Origin: Ascidiella aspersa | Lineage: Eukaryota | NCBI GenBank assembly: GCA_963924565.1 | Contig: OZ004612.1 | Coordinates: forward strand, 14,694,001-14,758,000 | Length of the DNA stretch: 64,000 bases | Reading direction: 5' to 3' | Shown here: positions 25,901 through 37,900 of the stretch, piece after piece | Numbering within the stretch: position 1 is the stretch's first letter | How the letters are laid out: each line of letters opens with the position of its first letter | The notes under the pieces: model-generated | What the model saw: only the letters and a program-made list of their open reading frames with translations | What the model was told of the DNA's origin: nothing | The model's database searches: none | Program-made: the position numbers and the translations under genes

Positions 25901-28900
25901 TTCTATTGTAACACAATGCTTCCCGGAGCACAAATTGAAGTGCATTAAGACCCGGCGTAACAGTCCCAGAGAATCGATGGTCTCTCAAACAGTCCTTCTT
26001 GGCGTTCACGGAAAGCCGATATCGGAAAATTTTCGATAAGCGCGGCTTGATAACACTGGCTTGATTGGCAATCTGGCTGGTTCCATTAGTTCTCATAAAA
26101 GAAAAATAATAGGGCATCAATAGAAGTGAATGGTCAAAGGATACAATTGTTTCCAACCAACCGCTGTCAGCGCAGGTTTTTATCGATTTATTAATCCATG
26201 TAGGGTCAAGATGTAAACTCCAAAAAAACTTCAATAAATTAACCCGAAACACTCTTTGATGTGCGATCTTCCTGTTAACTTATAAACACAAAAAATACAA
26301 TTCTACCCGAGGGATTGTGCAAGTGTGCAAGGTTTCCGATTAGAGCAAAAGTGTATTTGGTCAAACCTTTTGTGAGTAAAATTTATATTTTCATTAATCT
26401 GAAAAGACTGTCGGTATCACGCAAAAAAAAGAATTACATGTAAATCCATAGTAAAAGCATATGGACTTTGTAGCTATGAACATATTATTAGGAAAGGTTT
26501 TATAGAAGGGTCGACCCACAATCGTAAGTTAAAGCGAGATAGGATTTTTGTCTTGCTATCTATCCTCGAAATACCAATATCGGAAATAAACTTGAGGAAT
26601 GACGTTTAAACGTCGCAATTACAGTGTGCAGCGCCCACCGCAATTACCCAATCGGCTGGGGAGCATTCAGCGAGTCCTCTTACAATAATCCCTCATGCAC
26701 GACCGCCGATGTAATTCCCACAGGAATACTGCCTACGAAATTCGAGATGCTATGACTTTGGGTCTGGCCCTGGCCTTGTAATTTCGTTCTATTTTGAGAA
26801 CCGCTCACGCTGTACGATGTTTGACAAATTTCCTTATTTGGTTAACATGTCGATTTCATTTCTTTTTGTAATCGGTTGTTTTCTTTAGATTTTTGTTTGA
26901 ATTTGTCCTGAATGCTTGTTTGTTCCTTCCATTGCATGTCTATTTTTGTCGTTTTGCTTATTTGTATGGTATTGCCAATCAAACGTTTTTCAAAATGTTG
27001 TCTCGCGGTACGCTGGGGTGACATTTCTAATGCCCATAAGAAATCTTTAGGAATCTTATTTATGCTCATTTGTAAGCCTCTTGATACAACCACTTGTGTA
27101 CTAATAGAGATAGTTGAATTAAATAAGTTGTTGAACGTGTGTTACGATCATAGTGGTGTTCCAACTATACGTTTATAGTAACATTGCAAAAAACACTCAA
27201 CAAGATTTCTAGTAGGGGGGCCTCAATTTTATTATTATTTTTTCTAAGGGCGCCATAATCCATAAAGTTTTTGTAGTTTAGTATGTTTCGAAATTTGTTT
27301 AGTATATTAAATAAGCGCTTTTTAATGTCATATATATATGTATTAAGATTTGGTTTGGAGCATGGTGGATTCTAATACAAGTTTAAAGGATTTATTGTCA
27401 CGAAATTTACGTAATTGCTGAAAATAATTTGAAACATTTTCCATGAAATCTAAAATGACTATATTATAAAATATGACAGCTTTCAATGAGGCCGTGGCCA
27501 TGTTCACCGGAGCGGAATGGCTCAAGTATGACGTGTCAAGCAATCCTGCCTCAAGTCTCAGTGACGTCATTTCCCTGTCGTTCAAGACCGCCCAACCAAA
27601 TGGACTGATCTTCCACACCGGTAAAATCACTTATCGTAAATTATAATTATTTGCTTTTAATTAAAAAAGTATTGACGGTCCCAAGTACCCTTAAACAACT
27701 GCTCGATATGTTCATTTTTGTGATATAATAATACTTATTTTTACATGGTATAAATCCGTGTCTTCTCAACCTAAAAAAACAGCAAAGTTTTTGGGACCAA
27801 GTGTTTTGTCAATGAACTTTTGTAAGGCTAATGTGAACAAAACACTAACAGATATACTATTAATAAGTTCGATGTATTAAATATAAGCCTGTCTTCTTAT
27901 TGATTTTGCAAATCTCTTGAATATATTTTTATCTGATTTATTTCTTTCAAAGTAGAGATTATGCTTAAAATGCAGATAACTATATGTACGCCACAGTAAG
28001 CATAAAGGTAGCAAGGAAAGGACAATTATAGGCTTTATATGGCTTAACAGCCATTTATAATTGCGGCTTCGGTAAAAGTAATATCGATTAATTTGCGATT
28101 CCTCTGTTTAGTTCATTGACTAAAAAGAGAAATGTCCCTCTGACCTCCGCTTTTACATTTTGTATTATTTTCGAACTAAAAGGCTTTTACTGCGTATGCG
28201 ATCGGGACCAAATCGCCAAAACTTGCTAAAATGCCGACAGGGATCGTCGGCTAAGCCTTGTGCCGAAGGGGCACCGTTGTTACGCGAAAAGCCAGCATGA
28301 AAATTACAATGGCAACAACAGCACCGCCTGTTGGGCGGTAAATGCACTTCTCATCAAACATGCATGCGCCTCCGAAAGAGCAACATAGCGCCTTGCATTA
28401 GCGTTGATAGAGCTGCAGTGCTCGCTTTAATTATTTTTATATTTTCTGTCGAGCGATGGGCCTCGTTCGATGTATAAGACCAATCCTCACCGTGTTACAT
28501 TTAAGTTATTCACGAAGTATTTAAACTATAGATTAACGTAAAGAATATACGTCTGTTATATTACTTGTTGTGTTTATAAGAACGTCAGATTTAGGGCGCG
28601 ATTTTAGTTTATTTCGTTTAACAAAACTAGCGGGAATCATATTTTAAAACAAATCTGTTTCGTGCAAAATGCTCAGTAAAAGCAAGTTACTAATATTATG
28701 GATTTATTTATAGAAAAATCAAAATACTAAAGATACGGAAGAACAATTTTTGTAATAAAATGTCAATCTATCTATATATTATTAGCGAAATAATAACATG
28801 TTAATTCTATTTATCAATGTAGCAAATGTCTTCTAATAAATTTGGTACGTAAATTTAAGTTAAACATATTTTTGTCGTGTGGTCTATTGTTAAAGTCCTA

Positions 28901-31900
28901 GCCTACACACCAAAGAATCTAGCGTGTGATTGTCAGACGGTCACTGTTTTGAAAAGCAACATTAAGTTTGCGCGCGCGCATTTCGACTTTAAAAACTTAA
29001 AAAGCATCGTACAAAAAGCATTCACTCCACAATCGATTTTCATTTGCTTGGCGCTCTTGCGCTTCCCCACTCCTGACCGTCCTATTCCAGCCTGCTCCTT
29101 CTACTCTCACTCTTCTGCTCCCACTCTTTGCTCCAACTCCTCATCGGGAGAAGCGACAATTGCTCGTCACCGTCTGACGCCGCGACGGAGGCACGGGCGC
29201 GTCAGGCCGACGAATATATTTGGCGGGTGTCGACTCGCGAAGGACCGGCGAAAGTTCGCCGCAAACACAACGCCATGAATTATTAAAGCCACCCTACCCC
29301 TCCCCCGGCTATCTCCCCCATTCCACATCCCGACCTCGCTGCTTTGCGGCAGACCTCCGGCGGTACGCAACCGACCATAGTCACGCCTGGACAGAAACAA
29401 CCGGCTGGATGAGCTGTGCAAGCTGGATTTTCTAAGACAAGTTAGCGGACATTGAATGAAATCTTGATTTATTCCAACCGAAAGCCTCGTTTGACCGCTA
29501 TTTGCGTTCTGACTCAAGACTGTTTGTTTCAACAATGCGAAGTCCATTATTTTAAACCTGTTGTTGCCATACATTAACGTTTGCGTTATAGCCTGCGAAT
29601 GCGCAAAAATCCAAGCAAGCTAACCTTTCCATCCGCAAGACTTCTTATGGTCTAGAATCATTTAACTGCGGTTTTCTAACAAGCTTCGTGCGACCACCAG
29701 GAGTGATTTCCAACTGTTCAAAAGTCCGATTTGTGGGTTGTGCGTTTATTCTCTTTCACGTTCGACCTGCGTGATTCTTTTTTAAAAGACTAAGACTGAT
29801 TGTTGTTCTTGGCTACCGAGGTTCTTATCCATTCAAATGGGAGTTGTGATGTAGGGCTTATCGATAACCGATTACAGAAAAGTTTCGCAATGTTCTTACA
29901 TTGGCCTTTCGCTTCTAGTAATTTTGACGCATTAACTTAACGATGTTACAAATTTCATAACAATTCATTAAAGCATTAAGGGTCGGTCTGTAAAAGGATC
30001 TTTGCTTCATAAAGAGCACTCTTTGCTTCATAAAGACATTTATAGATTTACAAATACGGTGCTTTTTATGTTGATTTTTATCACATGATTAGTATACTGA
30101 ATAACCTTAGTTGATTAAAATTTGTTATACATATATTTACTTCATCTATTCAAAATTAATCACAAACCGCGTTTTATGGTTATTTCAATTGATACATTAC
30201 AACCAGCACGAAATTTCGCTGAAAACGTGATTATTGCCGGCAGTATTTATTGAAAAGGGTATTTAAATAATTCATTATCTGGCCGGCCCAAAAGGATGAG
30301 CTGGTGCTCGCGACTGAACCTTTCGGACAAGCCTAGCAATACGCAGGTTTTCCTCAATACAAAAAGTACAAAGCGGGGTTGGGAAGTCCTTGTGGTTTCT
30401 TAGATGAGTCATGGCCGTGGCACAGTTTGAACTAATGGGATAGTTGTAAAAACGACAAACATGGTTGGAAACGCATAACTATATATTTAAATGCCAACTA
30501 TCCCTTTTATAACAATACATACGTTTGTTGATTTTGTTGGTTTTCTCACCATCTCGTTTAAAACCCTAACATTCTATTTGAATAAGATACTGATAATGCT
30601 TTTAGTAGCGAAATATATTGATCATATTACATCCAAACAAACTGATTTTCGGTTTACCAAGTTTTGTTCTTTCGGATTCAGGCAGATTCTGTTAATCGTA
30701 AGAAAAATTCTTATTTAAAACCCATTTAATAAACTTTAAAATGGGCATGTTATAAAAATGACAGCTTTCAACGAAGCTGTGGCCACGTTTACCTGAAAGA
30801 ACTGCCACAAGTATAACGTGCCAAGCATTTCCACTTGGTAATTTTTAGTATTAATAAGTGCCATGCGTAAAAAAACATATGAACATATGATATTACCAAA
30901 AAGGCTTGAACGTTCGTTTGAACCGAGTACGAGGTTTACTGAAGTGAATAATGTAGACATGTTGCGTAGTTTGGGATATTTCCAACCATTAGTAAACCGT
31001 AATCTCAACAAACGTGACAAAAATGGGAATCTTACTTTATTACCTTTATCAGTTACAAATGTCTTCCATTTAAGTTAAAAATCCGAATTGAAGTTACTAA
31101 CTAAAAGTTTACGATCAATAAAAAATCCTTAAATATTATTCCAGGCAAATCGGCGGACTTTGTAAGTCTCTCGCTTATGGAAGGCGGCGTCCAGCTTGTG
31201 GTCAACTTGGGGTCCGGGGCTTACAAGATCGACGTCCAGCCAAAAACCGGGAGACTTTTCAACGACGACAAGTGGCACCGTGTACAGATCAACAGGACCC
31301 TGCGAAAGGTAAATATCTCGAGTTTAACGTTTTTTAAACTTTCCAATCGTTAATTATTCTAATAAAATATAAGAAAATAATGTCTTATCGACTCCCAGCC
31401 GGTTTTATTAATCAGCCTCAAAGAAAAACCAAGTGTTCTGCTGTAGAATCGGTCCCCTCATCCAATAACGCACAAAAACACCTATACAATAATCACCTTG
31501 CATTTTTTTAATTTACGTCGTTTAGCACAACAGCTTAAGTTACCTATACTACACTCTAAATTTACCATTGTGACAAGTTGACATGCCAAGAGTTGTGTGA
31601 AACACTTGAAGATAAATACTCCAACCTTCACTAGTTAAAAATTTTTTTTTTTACTGTTAAAAAACATACGTAAAATAGGTTCGTCGAACAACAGTGCAAA
31701 TGTTCAATAAACCTATTTTACGTGTGTTTGTTTGTTGTCTTGCAGTTTAATTCGCCCAGCCTAAAAAAGCAGAGAACATCGTGACCCTACAACCAATTTA
31801 AAGTGATATATAGACATGCATAATAATAAATGACGTTGTCACTGCCTTGATTGCGTGAATCCCTACATTTTTCCCAGAACGAAACACATATGTATTTTAA

Positions 31901-34900
31901 CTTGAAATGTACAATGTCTGTTATATATTGATTTGACTGCTTATTTTGCCTAAACCATCTGATTAAAACCAAACAACCATGTAAAAACGATGTTTTATTT
32001 TTCCTCCTTAGAGAAGTGTTTGCATTTATATTTATTATCATAATTTATGTCTACGTAGATCTGTTCAATTTACGGTGACTGTGTTGCTTATATAAAGCAT
32101 TTAGTTTTAGATTTGCAGTTGTTTAATTGAAGTAGTTACGTCATTATTAGTGTCGTACATGTGCGTTTCAGTTTACATTCCTTTCCAGGCAAACAACAAC
32201 CATAAATATTCCCACTTTACTTGTCCTCCTTAACCTTAGGTAAGAAAGATTATATGCCACTTTTCAGTGAAGACCCATTCATTACGTTATATATAGATAC
32301 ATTACAATTCACTGCTTTAATCCATACAGGATACACGGCTTTAGTTTAATACCATACGAACCGGCAGTTAACCTCGAAGTGTCAATACTTTATTGTCACC
32401 CAAACAGGGCGATAATTGTTTAGCAGGACAACCAATCGCGTATGTTACTTCATATCTACGAGTTTAAACACTATAGTACTGTAACAATGAGGCTTTTCTT
32501 CTATCAACATAGAAGTGCAGTGGGTTATTTTTCACAGTTATCAATGGCACTTGTTCAATTTTAAAACAACAAAGGCTTCTTCAAACAGAATTGCTTTTTC
32601 GTGTAGAGTTAATTTATTCCCTAATTAGCATTGAAATTGACTTGCTTGCTTTCTTTGCTGGGGCTTGATGCAGACCAGAGACGACCCAACTCCGGCCATG
32701 GTAAAGCCCTACTTATCGCAGCGACCCCTACAGCTATCCACTATGTTGTTATCGGTATTCATCCTTCATCGTTATTCGTCCTTCACGGCGTCGCTACAGG
32801 GCGTCTACGGCGCGGTTTTATTTGGTTGCGTAGGGCGCTGACGCACGGAAATGGGGAATTATGAAAATATGTCTTTGTTTCTTAATGTAATGTGCCCTGG
32901 TACGCAAATAACCCACATGTCTTTTTCTTAATGTAATGTGCCCTGGTACACAAATAACCCTTAAATGATTGAAGCAGTTACCATGATAACAAACAATAAA
33001 CAAATGTACCCAACAGTTACACGAATTAATGGTGTAATGGATTCACAGCCCTGCTTAAAAATACGTTTGTATTTTCAAACAAAAAAAGTATATTTGCTCA
33101 TAAATTCCAGCGTTTCCGTGTTTCAGCGTCCACCCGCGCTGTCCGTAACATTGTCTTGCAACAATTTGTCTGAATTGGCCTGCAACAATGTTGTCCACGA
33201 TCCATGGTTGATATCGTTACGAGAGGAAAAAAAAGCCTGTCCTCGTTAGTGTTCTACGTTTGCAAACTTCCAAGCTTGGGTCGTCAATTCGATGTTCTGT
33301 TGTCATTGACGGTTGCTTCGTCCATAGACATCGTTACGCCTGCAAAACAATATACGTTGTTTGCGGTTCTGAAAGATGAAGCCGTAAAGCAGTTGTTATA
33401 CTTCAAAACTAAAAAAAACTAATTCCAAAATGCTAAATTCTCTGCCTGTATTCTCCCATAACAAGAATGGTAATAATGTAATAACTTTTTATTGATTTAT
33501 AGTGGAAAGGAGACAGACAGTCAGACGGACAGGCAGACGGACGGCCCGTTATCATAACGATTTTTCTCATGGCAAACTGCAATTCTCTCTAGATTTAATT
33601 GATTTATTTTAAAAGTGATTTTGTCCAGGGTATTTTTTGTTGGTTATTGGTTTTCGTTTAGCCAGCTTAAATCTGCTGCCAAATAAGAGCCTAAACAGCA
33701 ATGCCATAAAATACAGAAATGGTTTAAAAATAATATCAACAACGCTGTGTGCTTTGTGTAAAGTCGGCTTGTCATGCGAAGAACTCGTTATTTGTGGCTT
33801 TATAAACGCCCTAACGTCTGAAACGCTAACTGAGTTTAACGCTTGCTTTACGCGCTTGTTATCGGTGGTCGGGCTCAGCCATGTTCGGTTATCGCAAGCC
33901 GTCGAGGTGTATGTTTTCCCACAAGCTAACCCTCCCTTGATAAAGCCTCATTATTATTACCTTCAAAACTACGTTGCTCTGTAATCCCATGGAATGTAAT
34001 ATTTAAAGCCCAGAAAGCCATTTGCGTGACACTGCCATTCCGTTGGTTGAGTAACACAATATTTCTTTTTCCCACTCCCCCAGGCATCTATAATTCATTA
34101 ACAATTCAAAGGCTGCGCGTGCTTACATCAGAATACGTTTTAAGGGTATAGAGAACTAACGTTTTTTCTGAGCAATGGCGTAACTCGTCGTTTTATCACA
34201 ACTGCAGTTTAACAATTAAAAATGCTAATTTTATTTTTATTTAGAACAAACGAGGGTTACTTTATTACTGTGTTTAATAAATTTATTTTTACCGTCTCCG
34301 ATAACATTAAGTACAGCAACATAATTTGAAACTCGATAATAGTGATGAACAAATATATAAGATATTAAAAAAATAATTGCAGTAACAAAACTTAGCGATT
34401 TATGCCGATATAGTGAATTTAAACTTTACTATACAGTTAAACCATATTTAGCTTTGTGACATTATTGTGCTTACTCTGGCCATATAGCGCCCCCTACAAA
34501 AATATTAGAAATGAATAAGCATATACCGTTTGGGCTTCTGATATTGCGTTTAAGGAACATGAATGGCGGCAATCATGACTATCTTTGTACATTGACGCGT
34601 TTGTGACCACTCACCAGAGACAGGGCATATGCTGCATAAGAATCAATATAGATAAACTTTACCCGCATTCTACGTTGCGCTCAATAATCTCCTAAATGTC
34701 GACATTTCAATCTATATTTAATCGAAATTTTACTGCGTAAAGCACTTGTCGTGTTTTTTTTTAATCTCACCTATCTTTCAAGAAGCACCCAAAAAAGAAA
34801 AAGGGCATTAGTCTATAGGCGTCTGAAAAAAGGCGTTTCTGATGGGGACAACATTTGTGTGTGGTTGTGGCAACCAGGTCACCAAACATTGCACAACCTG

Positions 34901-37900
34901 GCCTTTTAATTAGAGCACCTCTATTTTTTGTATTTTGTGGTTTTAAAAAGTTGACCGAAATGTCACTTTTCTTCAGCAGTTTAAAATGTTTACCTCCTCG
35001 ACAAGCAGAAAAGTGTTTGTGTCGAAGCCTTAACGTTGTCAAACATAACATATTTAAATGTATTTTTTACTGTGCTTCATTGTACATTTGTACATTTCGG
35101 ATTTTAATCTAAGAGTCTAATTTTTTGGTACTACTCAAAGATACCAATATTTATCAACTTAAATTTTAAACTAAAAATAGACCTTTTTTGTGACGGTTTC
35201 CACTGAACCGAGAACACCATTTTTTATTTATCTCCACCTTAGGTTGACGTTTTCGTGGACCAGGCCAAACTGAGCAGCGGCCAGATCCAGGAAAGCTTTC
35301 GCGAACTGACTCTGGACGACGCCATATACGTCGGGGGAAGTCCCGCCACGGCCGACCTGCCTGGCGCCGGCTCAGGCGTTCAGACCAACTTCGTCGGCTG
35401 TCTTAAAGAGGTTTGTCACCACCTTGTGGATCGATTGATTGCTTTCTTGTCCTGTAGTTTCTGCAACAATGGCAGTGTTTTCCTGTACAAAACACTGATT
35501 TTAATATTTCAACCAGGAACCCAAACGGGATCGAAATCTTAAACAAGGAAAATTACCTTAATTAACTATTTGTCAAACTTAATGTATCCTAACCACTACA
35601 CAAATTAACAAAATATGCTTCTCCGAGTAGTTACCTTTCTCCATCAGATCAACTACCAAATACCAAAACAGATTTACAATAGACAAAATCGGTATCACCG
35701 ATTTCTGATACGCGAAATAATAACCTAGAACTTGACAAAAGTTTACACTACACCGAACACATAAAATTATTAAATATCACAGTCACGATTATTTTCAAAA
35801 GATGAAAACGCTGGTTTTTTTAACCACGCAAGAAGCCTTGACTAGGTCAGATGTATAATATTTTAAAACAAACTTTGTTAGTATCTACAAAAACGATACG
35901 ATGGTGTGAATATGCTTAACCCGATTTATATCGCACACCCTTTAGATATACAGACAGACGTCCTGACTTATATCTGTTAAGACCATACTCCGTACCTTGT
36001 CACAGGTTTCTGAATATCGCATTTTTACGATAACGATAAGACCGATTCGAATAACACATGCTTAAAATGTTATATAGCGTGATACGCGATGCCGGTTCTT
36101 CCTACAGTGTTAAGAATATTTGGTCCAAGCGCCTTTTTCCAAAGTAGCTTAAGCCGTGAAGGCAATTTATCCGTTCTATAAAATTGGGTTCAATTATAAT
36201 CCACAACAAAGCGTCAAAGATTAAATGAACCCAAAGCGACTGCAGTAACCATTCTGTTTAGTGTGCACTTCCTAACGCTTCATTTTAACAATTAACGCTT
36301 CCGAAATTTCTCCAGGTTACCTACGTGAACGACGCAAACCTCCGACTGCCGCTTTCGAGGATGGCCAAGGCGCAAGAGCCGGGCATCACGGTGAACGGAA
36401 ACGTCCAGTTCGCCTGCGCCAAAGCCAGCCTGAGCCTGCCCGTGTCCTTTATCACCCCTGAGTCGAGGGTGAACGTCCCGTCATGGGGCGGCGTTCAACA
36501 GGGTTCGATCCAGTTCAGCTTCCGCACTACCGAAAAGGTGAGTTGCCGAAAACGAGCGAAATTCACCTGTCAAATCGAGAGTATCTGTATTTTATATGAC
36601 AAAAAATTGGTTCTGAGAGAATCTGCAAGCCATACATACTACACTGTTCAAAATTCATAAATTAGAATTGACAGGTTTCTATGTAAAACCTCCTATACAT
36701 TATATGCTGGTTGTCATTCTAACGTGAATGTTAAACAGTTTGCTTATCATTATTTCAAAAATAATTATTTGTATGTCGTTAATGGCCATCAAGTTTGGTA
36801 ATTGATCGAAAGAACTATCTGTTTCTCATATTGAGGGTTTAAATCTGTTTGAAAGTTGTGTAATCAAAATCGTTGTAGTCAAGTGTAGCGTTCCTTCCCA
36901 ATTATAGTTTTCGGTTAAACAAAAACTTCCCTCAATGTGTGTTTACCTGTTTGTCCATATATATTTTTTAGAATGGACTGCTGATCTACGGCGAGGGAAG
37001 TGCGAGCGATTTGTTTGCCATCGAAATGTACGACGGGAAGCTTTGTCTGGTGATCGATCTCGGATCGCAAACTTCAAGAGTAAGCCGAGACTTCAATACG
37101 AGGCGCCTCTGTGGCGCATTAAAAATTAAAGTGTTCTTTTCCCCGTAGTCTCATGTAGCGTAAGCTACAAGTCAGTTTTTGTCATATAATGACGTGCATT
37201 TGTCAAGAAAGAGCAAACCTATTCGAATTATTAATAGCTTCGCGTTAATTGTTGACACATTAAGTATGATGCGCTTTATAACCTGTATTTCGCATTTATT
37301 AGTCAGTTAACAAATGTTAAAATTGGCGTGATGATTTTTCTGTTGTCATAACTTTGATTGCACTCACTTGGTGTTAACCTTTGATATCATGTGTACTTCT
37401 TTGCGCCTTGTCCAACCTGCCTGTTTTTCAAATCGGCTTTAAAAGCATTTTTTGATGACTTTCTGTCGATTTTACAAATTGTTATGGAAAATATGTATCC
37501 TACGGCTGTGTCCGTCGCCACTATAGGTTGACTCAAGTGTTCATATCTTTGTATCACAAGTGTTAAATTTGTGTTTTCTAGTGACAACCTTTTTGACCAT
37601 ATAGATATACACTCCCTTACAGATATATTGTTCTAATTTGTGTGTATTTACTATTTATATAAAGGGCAATACAGTAAATCACATATTGCTGGAGCAAACA
37701 TTGAGGTTGGGTTAACCTTTTTGCTTTGTGTAGCACAACAAGAATTATGTGGTTTTTCAGTTTTTATACAACCCACGAACCTCGACTTTGTACGACGGAA
37801 TGTGGCATTCTGTGAAGGTGTCAAGGTACGGCAGGAAGGTAGTGTTCGTAGTTGACGGGAACGCAAACAACCTTGAAGTTCTGGTGAGTGTACTGTACAT

